IMG/VR virus record: IMGVR_UViG_2791354790_000006
Span: 1-64,000 of that record
Reading direction: 5' to 3' (one strand)
DNA from: a virus
Taxonomy: Duplodnaviria; Caudoviricetes
Length of the DNA stretch: 64,000 bases
Below are positions 47,416 to 56,981 of this stretch, one piece after another. Position 1 is the first letter of the stretch, and every line of letters begins with the position of its first letter. The position numbers were made by a program, and so were the translations under genes. Under the pieces are notes generated by a model, which saw only the letters and a program-made list of their open reading frames with translations, was not told the origin of the DNA and did no database searches.

Positions 47416-47422
47416 CGCGGCA

Positions 47423-47707
47423 ACCATCGTGATTTGCACCAAACCCGGCATCCGGGGCGGAATACCCTAAAGACAATCCAGCCACTGAACGACTGGTTAT
47501 TGACTGGGCAGTTTTGCCGCTGGAATTTCCGGAAGGGGTTAACGCACCTGAGGCATAAAGAAGATGTGCCGCTAAAGCATGAAGCCCTTGCTCATAGAGC
47601 TTGTTCCATACTTTGCGGCTCATCTGGTTTGCTGCATCCTGTAGCGCCCCTTCTATTCGAGCAGGGGCAACACTGGCGAACTCGGGGTAACGAACGGTGA
47701 AATCCAT
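47423..47707 (-). pseudogene. 5' fragment (95 codons) of DUF4054-like head-tail connector gene
   Basis: MDFTVRYPEF...LAAHLL...SRSVAGLSLGY...NHDG truncated at the Mu right end. Confidence 0.9.
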
Positions 47708-47721
47708 GCTACCCCCTGTGA

Positions 47722-48690
47722 TTACTCTGCCGGAGAGGATTTGTAATCCACATACACCGCGGACTGCGGCTGTTTCCACATCGCACCACCGAAGGCAGAA
47801 CGATAGCCACACTCATAGGTCAACAGGTCGCGGGAGCGCACAGCCAGAAGCTCTGGCATATGAACTTCCATTTCAAGGTAATCAGCCTCGTAGGTGTAAA
47901 CCGCCAGACGCGTTTTTCCCGCCTTGATGCCGACAGCGTAATTGCTTGGCACCTTAACAAACGTGATGCTGAACGATTCGTTACCTGACGCCTTACGCAG
48001 TGCAGCCATAATCCGATCCATCGCAGCGATAGGAAGCAGGTCAGTGCCTACGATTACTGGCGTTGGGTCGAACTTCTGCATAGCAAGCATGAAGTCGCTG
48101 GCATCCATTGCGATGTGCGTTGGCTGGATGCGATAACTGGACTTGCGCCACGCCACGTTGTAAGCATCCAGCACCAGCTTAACGAATTCATCTGACGTCA
48201 TATCAGTAATGGTCTTGTTGGCTGGATCGGTAATCAACTGAACAGCAGAGCCAGTCAATAACCCTTCTTGCCCCTTCACTCCGCCATGCCCCACGTATCC
48301 AGCATACTGAATCGTTGCCAGGGCGTTTGCGTACAGGTCATCCTGCTTTTTGGATTGCAGGTTGATGTTCAGGCGGGCGATCTTCTCCAGTTCCTGCTGC
48401 GTCCAGGTGGCGGCCTTTGCCCACAGCCCAACAGGCGCTTTCATCCATTCGATATCGCTATCGATAGTTTTCAGGCTGTTGGTTTTATTACCGATAATGC
48501 CGTCTTTTACAGAGCCGACAACTTTAGATACGCCGAAATCAACGTACTCCAGAGCGAAGTCCAACCCTTCTTTAACCGGCAATGCTTCACCGATGTTAAT
48601 TTCCGGCAACTCTTTTTCCTGCAACTGCATATCGCGCTCAGTTAGCGCCTCTTGCAGTACGTTTTCAAAATCTGCGGCTTCCATTGGCAT
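47722..48690 (-). CDS. Major capsid protein (DUF2184-like)
   Basis: 322 aa; YAGYVG..GQEGLL and FGG...QP.SAVYVD patterns; position. Confidence 0.85.
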   Translation of the reverse strand: MPMEAADFENVLQEALTERDMQLQEKELPEINIGEALPVKEGLDFALEYVDFGVSKVVGSVKDGIIGNKTNSLKTIDSDIEWMKAPVGLWAKAATWTQQELEKIARLNINLQSKKQDDLYANALATIQYAGYVGHGGVKGQEGLLTGSAVQLITDPANKTITDMTSDEFVKLVLDAYNVAWRKSSYRIQPTHIAMDASDFMLAMQKFDPTPVIVGTDLLPIAAMDRIMAALRKASGNESFSITFVKVPSNYAVGIKAGKTRLAVYTYEADYLEMEVHMPELLAVRSRDLLTYECGYRSAFGGAMWKQPQSAVYVDYKSSPAE

Positions 48691-48693
48691 TGG

Positions 48694-49176
48694 TTATACT
48701 CCTGCTGCCGTTTTCTGTACGTAACCCAGGGTGATCGCCACGCAGTTATTACCTGCGCTTACATCCTCAACCCAGTAACCCAAATCAATATTGCCGATTG
48801 CCACATTGGTAACCTTGCCAGCATCTGCCCCGGCAGGGATGATGTAAGCGGTGTCGCCGCGAGCAAAGTCTGCTGCATCTACGGTCAGGGCGCCCACGCA
48901 GTCACCGTGAGAGAAGTGACCGATGTTTGCCTGCTTGTTAGCTGGTGACGCTTCACCGTAGATATCGCGAACGACAATGCCGTGAATGCGGGTATCAGCC
49001 GCCAGGGGCATTACTCCGCCCAGTGGGTTAACGGCCACGAAAGTACCGTAGGCCAGTGGTGTATCCGTCAGGTTCTCTTCGCCCCATACTTTGTCGTTAG
49101 AGCTTGAAGCGCGTTTGATCGAGCCGGGTTTAATGGTGCCGTCGGCACCGTCCCAGTCAATGAATCCGAATGCCAT
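48694..49176 (-). CDS. Capsid cement/decoration protein
   Basis: YGTFV...GIVVR pattern; between protease and capsid. Confidence 0.75.
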   Translation of the reverse strand: MAFGFIDWDGADGTIKPGSIKRASSSNDKVWGEENLTDTPLAYGTFVAVNPLGGVMPLAADTRIHGIVVRDIYGEASPANKQANIGHFSHGDCVGALTVDAADFARGDTAYIIPAGADAGKVTNVAIGNIDLGYWVEDVSAGNNCVAITLGYVQKTAAGV

Positions 49177-49178
49177 GA

Positions 49179-50321
49179 TTATTTACCCCCGAGGCGCTGG
49201 TTAGCGGTTTTCGTAGTTTTTGCTGCATTGTCGTTCAGCAGGTGACTGCCGATCTCGCTGCGTGGTTTTGATGTGGCCTGAATGGCCGCGTATGCCGCGC
49301 GAACTTCGCTGTCGGTCATGGCTTTAACCTGGGCGTCGTTGAATGCGCGAGTACTGACCAGCACAGCAGCGCGAACATCGCGGGCTGATTTGGCATCGTT
49401 GAAATTGACTTTCGGGAAGCGGGACTTAGCATCGTTCAGCGTGGATTCCGTTTCGCTGCCCGCTTTCAGCGTTTCCAGCTCCTCTTCCAGTTCCTTCACC
49501 TTCGCTTTCAGGTCGGCGTTCTCGGTTTCCAGCGAGGTGATCTTCGCGTCCTTGTCGGCATCAGCACCTTCCCCGTCCGCATCCGCTGGCCCGGCTGGTG
49601 TCATCCCTTCCAGTTGAGACTTAAGCTCAGCAAGCTGTGCCAGCACCTGTTGTGCCTGCGCTGCCGCTTCTTCAGTACCCTGCCCCTGAAGATCTGCCAG
49701 GGCCTTTTCCAGCGCGGCAATCATGCCGACCAGTTCGTCAGCAGTCAGTGCGGCACCTTCTGCATCTTTCAGTTTTTTGCCCTTCAGGAAACTCAGGGCG
49801 TCAGTTAATGTTTTGAACATCGGCTTACCTTTTTTGTCGTTTAGCTTGCATTGACGCCCGTAGCGCCCCTCTGCAACACCCGCAACGTGATTGCCGCGAA
49901 TATTGATGTGGTAAAATTTCCCGCCACGCTCCACCAGCTCCGCAGGCTCATACCCCACTGAAACCTCACGTATCCCCGTCTCCTCGAGCGTCTCTATTGC
50001 TGCGGCATCAGTCAGATAAACGTCGCAAACCACCTCACCACCCTCGATACGGGTATTGGCGATATGACCGGATGCTTTGTCTTTGTGGTCTGCTGCGGTG
50101 ACTTCCCCGTCGTCTGGGTGAGTTATGGTGAACGGGAGGCCATTGAATGAAGCGAGAGTTTCGGGTTTTGATAGTTCGTCGAGGGTGCGAACTACGGTGA
50201 TTTTTTTGTTGGCATCGCTGCCAGTTAATCCCAGTTCGTGACCGTAATACTCAATCGGCCCGGCGCGGGTGATCGTCGCAGTGGTAATCACGTACCCCTG
50301 CGGTGTTCGTTTCCACTTCAT
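49179..50321 (-). CDS. DUF2213-like prohead protease/scaffold
   Basis: PFTITHP, EVSVGY and NHVAGV..GR.G motifs; coiled-coil C-terminus. Confidence 0.88.
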   Translation of the reverse strand: MKWKRTPQGYVITTATITRAGPIEYYGHELGLTGSDANKKITVVRTLDELSKPETLASFNGLPFTITHPDDGEVTAADHKDKASGHIANTRIEGGEVVCDVYLTDAAAIETLEETGIREVSVGYEPAELVERGGKFYHINIRGNHVAGVAEGRYGRQCKLNDKKGKPMFKTLTDALSFLKGKKLKDAEGAALTADELVGMIAALEKALADLQGQGTEEAAAQAQQVLAQLAELKSQLEGMTPAGPADADGEGADADKDAKITSLETENADLKAKVKELEEELETLKAGSETESTLNDAKSRFPKVNFNDAKSARDVRAAVLVSTRAFNDAQVKAMTDSEVRAAYAAIQATSKPRSEIGSHLLNDNAAKTTKTANQRLGGK

Positions 50322-50324
50322 TGA

Positions 50325-51176
50325 TTAATCCCATGAGACGTAAGGGAGGGCCAGACATCGGCATTGGTAATCCTCGCCGGGTTTACCGATGAATGCCCCG
50401 ATGGTTGAGCGTTTCTTCCACGTTTTGCCGCCGTCGTCTGAGTAGACCGTCGGATCGGAGTATTTACAGAGCATGCCGTTTAACGCGGAATGACTGTCGC
50501 GCTCCCGTTCATCGCCAGTGCCGCCCCACTCATACAGGTCAAGACCAAGAGCCACATTGCGCGCTTCAGTCAAATCTGCGTTCAGTTTCGAGGTCTGGTC
50601 GCGAGCGATGAACCTTGCACGATTGCGGGTGACCTCCCCACGCTCCTTAATCAGGTCAATGAGGTTTTCATGTCGGCCGCCGTCTTTCATGTTCTCGAAA
50701 ACCGCCGCGCCGATATCGTGGATAAAGTCGGTATGGATGGAGGTGATCAGGTCAACGTTGTCATTAACCGCCTTCTCCATTTCTGGTTTTATCGCGCCAT
50801 CGCCGAGCATCCCGGTCAGATCAATCCCAAAAGCCTGAGAGAACGTGCGCTGCGTCTGCTCTTTGTTCTGCAGGTTTGCCCGCGTAACGAATCCGGCAGA
50901 GAGTCGGGCGGCGACTTCCTTGATGGAAATGCTCGCCAGGCGCTGCATGACAGCGGCAAGACGCGTCGTAATCGAGAGAGGTGTGCTATCAGGGGCATCG
51001 ACAAGCACAGGCTTACCCAACTCGTCAATAAACGCCTGGACCATGCTGTCGATAAAATCCGTCAACCTGTCCCGATACCATACCTCTGCTCGCTTACTGG
51101 CGGTCGGTGGACGCATTCGCCGACGACGCGGTTTCAAACGTCCCTGCTTACGCTCAAGAAGCAGTTTTAATTCCAT
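50325..51176 (-). CDS. Head morphogenesis protein (SPP1 gp7/Mu F-like)
   Basis: RARFIARDQTSK, DERERDSH and PGEDYQCRC motifs. Confidence 0.9.
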   Translation of the reverse strand: MELKLLLERKQGRLKPRRRRMRPPTASKRAEVWYRDRLTDFIDSMVQAFIDELGKPVLVDAPDSTPLSITTRLAAVMQRLASISIKEVAARLSAGFVTRANLQNKEQTQRTFSQAFGIDLTGMLGDGAIKPEMEKAVNDNVDLITSIHTDFIHDIGAAVFENMKDGGRHENLIDLIKERGEVTRNRARFIARDQTSKLNADLTEARNVALGLDLYEWGGTGDERERDSHSALNGMLCKYSDPTVYSDDGGKTWKKRSTIGAFIGKPGEDYQCRCLALPYVSWD

Positions 51177-52476
51177 AATCCCCTCGGAAGCCAGCATTCG
51201 CCCCGGCGCTGACTATCGCCTTGATTTCAGATTCGGTAACAGTCTTCAGCACGCCGCGGTTTACCATCTCCCTGATGGCAACCTCTTCCGTCAGAATTGA
51301 CGACGTTACCAGCGTATTGAAGCCCGTCGCATACTGGCTAAACCGGTTAGCTTCGTCTGCCTCGTTGATGCTGTCGATTGTCGGATATTCGTAGGTAAGG
51401 CTTTCCGTAATGGCGAGTTTATCCAGCGTGAACTGGTCGGCGAAATCCTGCATTGGACGAAGCCGGGACTCCTGCAGTCCGTTAATCGTCTCGTAATAGG
51501 ATTTATTGTCTTCCTCGCCGCTGCTGAACCCGCTGGCAGACTCACCAAACAGAACCGTTATGGGCCTGTCCAGCGCACCGGCCAGTACAATCGCCATTTT
51601 GCTAATCACATCCGACAGCCCGGTAAATTGCGCGTTTTTCTGCTCATAGCGCCCCTGTGCCTGTGTATCACCAGCATCAATCAATAACATCCCGGTTGAA
51701 GATTTGGTGTCCTTCATCACCCTGGCATACTCGCGAACCTGCCCTTCCTGACCAGCTGCGATCTGGTTATTCATGCCGGGGATAAACAGCACATCGACGT
51801 TTGCCTCCTGTATGGTGTCGCCGGTGCTGAGGATTGCAGTGTCGAAGGTTTTGATGTGCTCATAGGGCGCCTGAAGGTCTGACGTACCAAACTTTGCGCG
51901 ATCCTTAATGCTGTGATTGCCCAGCTTTGTCCGGCAGCAGCGGGAATGATGAAACCTGAGTTGCTTCGTCCCGACGTCAAGTTGATACGTTAGCGGCTCA
52001 CCGAAACAGTCCGAACGTATGTCGGTAATGACATTACTGTCCGGCGTGTACTCCCCTTTACGGAACACCAGGAATTTAACGATATCTTCGCTCTGCAAAT
52101 TGAGCGGCAGGGCGATCTGGTCATCAGCACAATCTGTGATAGCCACGATTAGCGAATCGCCCAGCAGGGAGGCCCACCCCAGCGCGCTGTGAAAGACTGC
52201 ATTCAATTTCAGTTCTTTTTCAGCGTCAGCGATGCGCTTGGTTATAGAGCTATCGACGTCGCCCGAAAATTTACGGGGCAACTTCAGCATGTCGTCGGCG
52301 GTTTTGTTGATGTACTTTTTCACCACCCACGATTTTTTATACATCGCGAGCAGTTCTTTATCCGGCACATCGGGCTTACTGCTGCTATACCGCACCGCGC
52401 CGATCTTCTCGCCGAGTGAAGTCATTAAGCTAACCAGGCCATCATTCAGACGACCAACGATATTTTTTTTCGTCAT
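51154..52476 (-). CDS. Portal protein (DUF1073-like)
   Basis: FHHSR, PITVLFGESASGFSSGEED..YY motifs; follows terminase. Confidence 0.88.
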   Translation of the reverse strand: MTKKNIVGRLNDGLVSLMTSLGEKIGAVRYSSSKPDVPDKELLAMYKKSWVVKKYINKTADDMLKLPRKFSGDVDSSITKRIADAEKELKLNAVFHSALGWASLLGDSLIVAITDCADDQIALPLNLQSEDIVKFLVFRKGEYTPDSNVITDIRSDCFGEPLTYQLDVGTKQLRFHHSRCCRTKLGNHSIKDRAKFGTSDLQAPYEHIKTFDTAILSTGDTIQEANVDVLFIPGMNNQIAAGQEGQVREYARVMKDTKSSTGMLLIDAGDTQAQGRYEQKNAQFTGLSDVISKMAIVLAGALDRPITVLFGESASGFSSGEEDNKSYYETINGLQESRLRPMQDFADQFTLDKLAITESLTYEYPTIDSINEADEANRFSQYATGFNTLVTSSILTEEVAIREMVNRGVLKTVTESEIKAIVSAGANAGFRGDYGIKTAS

Positions 52477-53894
52477 TACATGATGTCCAGTGGGCTGAGT
52501 GTTTTTCTCTGATACAAATCGCGTAATCCCTGCGTCATTGCATCGACAACGTCATCGTTCGCGCCGACCGGGAAGGTGGTGATTTCCTCGACCGTCTCGG
52601 TGATCCAAGGGGCAATATCTTTGTGAGGTAGGAAAACGTTACCCGCTTCCCATACGGCGGTAATCGCATGCGCACGAGCTACTTTGCTACCGTCCGGTTC
52701 GACGGGTACCAGCCCTGCAACAGTGCTTTTCAGTGAGTCAATAACCGCCGGGCCATTGGCTTTGTCCTCCACCAGCTTGCGTAAGCCTTTGGGGTATTCG
52801 TCAGCCATGCGCTTAACGGCTTTGAGCGTTGCTGTAAAGCTCATGCGCGCCCTGACCTGGTGAAGCAGATAGGCGTTTGCTCCCTTTTTGCCCCAGACCT
52901 GACCGACAACGTAGTCGGTGCCCTCACTGTCTTTGAACGTCATATCCCAGCTGTGGACGACGATGTCGAAGGTGGCCGGCAAGTCTTTCGGGAGGTAATA
53001 CTTGATCCACTCATCTTTGAAGATTGAGCCGCCAGCCTGCTTCGGTGACTGCTGATACATCGCGGACCAGAAGTAATCCCCCAGGATAGCTTTTGTCTCT
53101 AACAGCTTGTCGATCGGGTGCAGGTCTGGCACCAGCGCTTCGCCCCGTTCGTTGATGGCGGGGAACGCCAGCACTTTAGCTTTCGGGGTTTTCTCCACCA
53201 CTCGACCGGACAGGTCATCTGTCGCCCAGCGGGTCGCCATGATGATTTCGCCACTGTTTTTGGACAGACGCGTTTTGAACGTGGATACGTACCAGTTCCA
53301 GATCGATTTTTTGGTAGTCGGGGACAGCGCCTCTTTGGAGTTTTTTATCGGGTCATCGATGATACCGAGATCGATTTTCTTACCTGTTAACGGACCGCCT
53401 ACGCCAGCACAAACATACGTTCCCTTATGGTTGGCTATACCGAATTCGTCAGTGTTACGCTTGACGGCAACACCATCGTCGGGTTTATTGCCCAGCCAGG
53501 CGTCAGGAAATATGTTGCGGTATTCAGGCGTAGACATAATGCGCTGAACGTCGGCGTTCATGTCCCCGGCAAGGTCAGCAGAGTACGACAGCGCACCTAC
53601 GCGCATTTCAGGGTACTTGCCGAAGAAATACGCTGGCAAATAACGAGAGACAATATCCGATTTACCATGCTGCGGCGGCGCGCCGAGAATAAGTATCGGG
53701 CGCAGCCCGTTCATCATATCCAGCAGGAATTGATCCAGCTCGTCGCAAACCGTCTGAGAGAACTTGCTGGTGATGTATTCGGGGTTTATGTACTGAATGA
53801 AGTCGTGGAGGCTTGCTCGGGCACTGCGCCGCTTGAGTAGTTCCCTGGCTGCTGCCTGTTTACTTACCGCCGATAATTGCGGCGAGTTGCTCAT
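52476..53894 (-). CDS. Terminase large subunit
   Basis: PPQHGKS, IIDDPIK, TRW..DDL, VEDKANG and DDVVDA motifs. Confidence 0.93.
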   Translation of the reverse strand: MSNSPQLSAVSKQAAARELLKRRSARASLHDFIQYINPEYITSKFSQTVCDELDQFLLDMMNGLRPILILGAPPQHGKSDIVSRYLPAYFFGKYPEMRVGALSYSADLAGDMNADVQRIMSTPEYRNIFPDAWLGNKPDDGVAVKRNTDEFGIANHKGTYVCAGVGGPLTGKKIDLGIIDDPIKNSKEALSPTTKKSIWNWYVSTFKTRLSKNSGEIIMATRWATDDLSGRVVEKTPKAKVLAFPAINERGEALVPDLHPIDKLLETKAILGDYFWSAMYQQSPKQAGGSIFKDEWIKYYLPKDLPATFDIVVHSWDMTFKDSEGTDYVVGQVWGKKGANAYLLHQVRARMSFTATLKAVKRMADEYPKGLRKLVEDKANGPAVIDSLKSTVAGLVPVEPDGSKVARAHAITAVWEAGNVFLPHKDIAPWITETVEEITTFPVGANDDVVDAMTQGLRDLYQRKTLSPLDIM

Positions 53895-54858
53895 CAGTGA
53901 GATCCTCCGCACTTACAGAGTGGCTGTGCTGTATGGGCTCACCATTCGGGCCACTTAACTCAGTTTTGGTTTTCAGCATTCCGAGGTGCTGTGCGACCAT
54001 CTTCATAGCCTCATCCTGATTGCGAGTGATCATTTCAAGGCCAAATTTGCCCTCTTTAATCCCGGCAAAAAGACGGCGTTCTGCGCCCTTCAAATCTCGC
54101 GTATCGTGGAAAACAGGACGGCTCAGACCAACGCCATTGCAGCGGGGGCAATCCGGGTTCGGGTCCAGTGTGCCGTCGTAGCCGTAGCCGCCCGTATCCT
54201 TAGGCTGTATGGCACCTTCCTTCCCCTTAACCTTTTCTTCCGCCTCTTCAAACTCAACTGCATCGCGCCACTGGTAGTTAAATCCGAGCCCCCAGCAGTA
54301 TCGGCAACAGCCGCGGTGATGCTCGGTCAGTTGAGTAGCGTCTGCCGTCGCAATGTCCCACCACCATTTCAACACTTCGTCTTGTGTAACTTTCACTCTT
54401 CGCGAACGTTCATCCAGCGCGTCACGAATTGCCTGGCTGACCTTAGCATTCCTTAGCAATCGAGAGGCGTTAACGTAAGCCGTATTACCTTCGCCTTTGT
54501 AGCCAGCCCGCTTGTATGCAGCGGTCCTGTTCAGATCGAGAAGATACTCTTCGACAAACCTGATCTGCATATCGTTAAGGCCGTAATTGCGCAGGTTGAA
54601 GGGTTGCGCACTTTTCGGTATATCGGTCTGCGCATCAGTTGGGGATTGCTCATACTGCGCAGTGGTAGGGGCTTGTTCAGTCTGCGCATTGCGCACTTTC
54701 TTTTGCGCAGTTTTTTGCGCAGTTGGCTTTTTGATGTAGCGCCGCGCAGATGTGTAATTCAGTCCCTGCGCTTCACACCAGTCTTTTGGTGATACGCCGG
54801 TTACGGCATGATCGGACAGGAACCGTTGCTGAAGCACGCCCCAGTCCGGTTTGCTCAT
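53860..54858 (-). CDS. Terminase small subunit with Cys-rich insert
   Basis: FVEEYLLDLNRTAAYKRAGY; CRYCWG...CPRCNG. Confidence 0.9.
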   Translation of the reverse strand: MSKPDWGVLQQRFLSDHAVTGVSPKDWCEAQGLNYTSARRYIKKPTAQKTAQKKVRNAQTEQAPTTAQYEQSPTDAQTDIPKSAQPFNLRNYGLNDMQIRFVEEYLLDLNRTAAYKRAGYKGEGNTAYVNASRLLRNAKVSQAIRDALDERSRRVKVTQDEVLKWWWDIATADATQLTEHHRGCCRYCWGLGFNYQWRDAVEFEEAEEKVKGKEGAIQPKDTGGYGYDGTLDPNPDCPRCNGVGLSRPVFHDTRDLKGAERRLFAGIKEGKFGLEMITRNQDEAMKMVAQHLGMLKTKTELSGPNGEPIQHSHSVSAEDLTDEQLAAIIGGK

Positions 54859-54861
54859 TCA

Positions 54862-55050
54862 TCACTCCATTGTTGATCCTGTGGGCTCTACCGTCACTTT
54901 CTGGGTCATGCCATGCTTCACGATGAACGCAGCCACCTTTTCGTAATCAGGCTCGCGCTGCATCAGCATGCAGAACAGGGTCAGCGTTTTGATATAAACC
55001 GGCAACCACCATTTGGCTTTGAGTTCGACTAACAGCTTGCAAATTGCCAT
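54862..55050 (-). CDS. Hypothetical phage protein
   Basis: GGAG RBS; coupled to terS. Confidence 0.65.
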   Translation of the reverse strand: MAICKLLVELKAKWWLPVYIKTLTLFCMLMQREPDYEKVAAFIVKHGMTQKVTVEPTGSTME

Positions 55051-55136
55051 TGGTAACTCCGCTTATCCCCTACAGGGTATATTTACGATTTATCCGCTAC
55101 AGCCATTACGATGGGTCTGCCCATAGTGATGGCAAT

Positions 55137-55161
55137 AAAAAACCGCCCGTAGGCGGTTATA
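55137..55161 (-). terminator. Intrinsic terminator
   Basis: AACCGCC-CGTA-GGCGGTT stem with minus-strand U tract. Confidence 0.7.
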
Positions 55162-55177
55162 TTCAGCAGGTCGCATG

Positions 55178-55342
55178 TTATCTGTGAATGACAAACAGTG
55201 ATTTGCATTGAGGGCAGAGCAACGGTAGTTCTTGCCGTACTTTTGTGGACGGGTGGTTCGAGTTATGGCCGCATATCGGGCAAGCCACTGTTGTTTTGGT
55301 CGCCGCTTCAACGCGTTTAAGTGCGTAATCGAAGAATGACAT
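55178..55342 (-). CDS. YnfU-like small zinc-ribbon protein
   Basis: CPICG...CPQCKSLF; GAGGGG RBS before ATG 55342. Confidence 0.75.
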   Translation of the reverse strand: MSFFDYALKRVEAATKTTVACPICGHNSNHPSTKVRQELPLLCPQCKSLFVIHR

Positions 55343-55425
55343 ATTTTTAACCCCTCTAAGAATGAGGTCTATCATACCACGATTGATTATTTTTTAATCT
55401 AAAATAGCCACAACTTAGCACTTAA

Positions 55426-55665
55426 TCACCGAGTTAATAAACTGCTATCGGTTGGTTGTTTGCAGTTCGCCTGCCACGATTTGTTATGCGCCAGGATGTC
55501 GCGCTTCGTCTGGCGGTCCATCACTTCGATGTCGTGCTCAGTAAGGCGAATCGCGCTCACCCAGTCACATCCTGTATCGATGACCTCAACCTTTGCGGGT
55601 CCAGTTTGCGCGCAGCTCGCGATCAACATCGTCATCAGGCATATGGCTAACTGTCTGCTGTACAT
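55426..55665 (-). CDS. Outer-membrane spanin-like lipoprotein (Rz1-like)
   Basis: LIAS-C lipobox; C.W...ILAHN..W...C; overlaps upstream gene. Confidence 0.75.
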   Translation of the reverse strand: MYSRQLAICLMTMLIASCAQTGPAKVEVIDTGCDWVSAIRLTEHDIEVMDRQTKRDILAHNKSWQANCKQPTDSSLLTR

Positions 55666-55858
55666 TGCTGGCCTCCTTCGTTACTTCAACGCGGCGTTCT
55701 GCAGCTGCTTTGGTGGCTGCGGCGTTATCGTCGGTGCGCTGTTTATCCGCTTTGGTTTCCGCCTTTTCGCGACCACGCATGCTGCCCAGACCGAAAGCAC
55801 CGAGAATGAGCAGTCCAGCTGTCACGACAAACGCCAGAATAGCTTTCAGTTTCGTCAT
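55586..55858 (-). CDS. Inner-membrane spanin-like protein (Rz-like)
   Basis: N-terminal TM plus helical periplasmic domain after endolysin. Confidence 0.7.
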   Translation of the reverse strand: MTKLKAILAFVVTAGLLILGAFGLGSMRGREKAETKADKQRTDDNAAATKAAAERRVEVTKEASNVQQTVSHMPDDDVDRELRANWTRKG

Positions 55859-56334
55859 TGCTTCGGCTCCGCAATAAATCCACCAGCCTCTTTGAATTTC
55901 TTCAGGAGGTTTTCAACCTTGTGTTCGTGCTGACCGTAACCAGCGCCGGGCAGTGATGCCCAGATGTTGCTGCAGCGATCAATGGCCTGCCGGATATAGC
56001 CGTCGTCAATGAGCTGCAGCGCGCGTCGTTCTTTAATCTGCTGCAGCGCCACCGCATCCTGGCTGGTCGGAGAGAAATCCTTCAGGCCAAGTTGTTTACG
56101 ATACGCATCCCAGTAACGCGCCAGTAACTGATAGCGGCCAGCGGCGGTGGATTTAATCTTTAAGCGCGGTAGGTCGATTAATTTTCGCGGGTGATCGGCA
56201 TAGCCGGAAAAGAGAGAGCCGCCCACTATTACGTCATAACCCCGGTTACGCGTCGGCTGCCCTGGCTTGTCGGTGCCTTCCGACCAGGCCAGCATGTTCA
56301 GGAACGCGGTGCGCTGTGCGTTGATTGCCTGCAT
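55855..56334 (-). CDS. Lambda R-type endolysin (lytic transglycosylase)
   Basis: AWSEGTD, STAAGRYQ and IWASLPGAGYGQ motifs. Confidence 0.95.
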   Translation of the reverse strand: MQAINAQRTAFLNMLAWSEGTDKPGQPTRNRGYDVIVGGSLFSGYADHPRKLIDLPRLKIKSTAAGRYQLLARYWDAYRKQLGLKDFSPTSQDAVALQQIKERRALQLIDDGYIRQAIDRCSNIWASLPGAGYGQHEHKVENLLKKFKEAGGFIAEPKQ

Positions 56335-56337
56335 TAC

Positions 56338-56607
56338 CTAACTCCTTTTGCCGGTGATATTCCCCCGGGAGAGGATCATCACAACCAGAAACCCGATATT
56401 GACCACCAGCTCAGAACGGTCGACGACCGGATAATCGCCAATCCAGATACGAATGGGGATCGAGAAGAAAGAGAGCGCCAGCACGTAGGCCAGCAGCGAG
56501 AAGTACCATTTATGCGTGCGGCCACCCCGACTGAAGCCTGCAATAGCCAGACCTGCCATCAGCGCGATAAGTGCATGCATTTGAAGCAGTATGAATGGAG
56601 TAATCAT
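56338..56607 (-). CDS. Phage holin-family membrane protein
   Basis: Three TM segments, RGN C-terminal motif. Confidence 0.75.
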   Translation of the reverse strand: MITPFILLQMHALIALMAGLAIAGFSRGGRTHKWYFSLLAYVLALSFFSIPIRIWIGDYPVVDRSELVVNIGFLVVMILSRGNITGKRS

Positions 56608-56981
56608 TGCCCCTCCTCAGCCGCCTTTTTCTCAGCGCGCTTTTTGAGGGCGAGAACAATAGTGATCGCCGTTGCTGCTGACACCATCGCGCCGAGAGAC
56701 TCAGGGATACCCGCGCCATCGGTACCAGGCAGATATTGCCCGACGATGGTGTTGATAACGCGGGTTGCCAGTGGCGCAGCCAGGATGCCGGAGATAAAGG
56801 CTGCAATGCCGTACATGCATCGCTCGATGATGCTGAGGTTGTGAGACGTGAGAACGTAGATAAGCGCCCCGGCCAGCGCCCCAAGGATTACGCCAGCCTC
56901 AGTGTTTGCCCAGAATCCGGCAAATGTGGCAGTCGTAACCGCTGCATGCGCCGTAGCGCTGCCGGATAGTGGTTCGGACAT
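56604..56981 (-). CDS. Putative holin
   Basis: MSEP...GALAGA motif; TM segments; charged tail. Confidence 0.78.
   Translation of the reverse strand: MSEPLSGSATAHAAVTTATFAGFWANTEAGVILGALAGALIYVLTSHNLSIIERCMYGIAAFISGILAAPLATRVINTIVGQYLPGTDGAGIPESLGAMVSAATAITIVLALKKRAEKKAAEEGQ

Larger units (their letters stand above)
15119..47422 (+). mobile_element. Complete Mu-like transposable prophage, 32,304 bp
   Basis: TG...CA termini flanked by ACCAT direct repeats (15114-15118, 47423-47427); c-ner-A-B-gam-head-tail-invertase order. Confidence 0.96.

Noticed and set aside
47384-47812. 142-aa ORF as an intact gene
   Set aside because: True start is 47707 and the last 12 residues are read-through into the Mu right end
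51154-52476. DUF1073-type protein sometimes labelled anti-CBASS Acb1
   Set aside because: Position and motifs fit a portal; I see no paired HxT/S phosphoesterase motifs or extra domain
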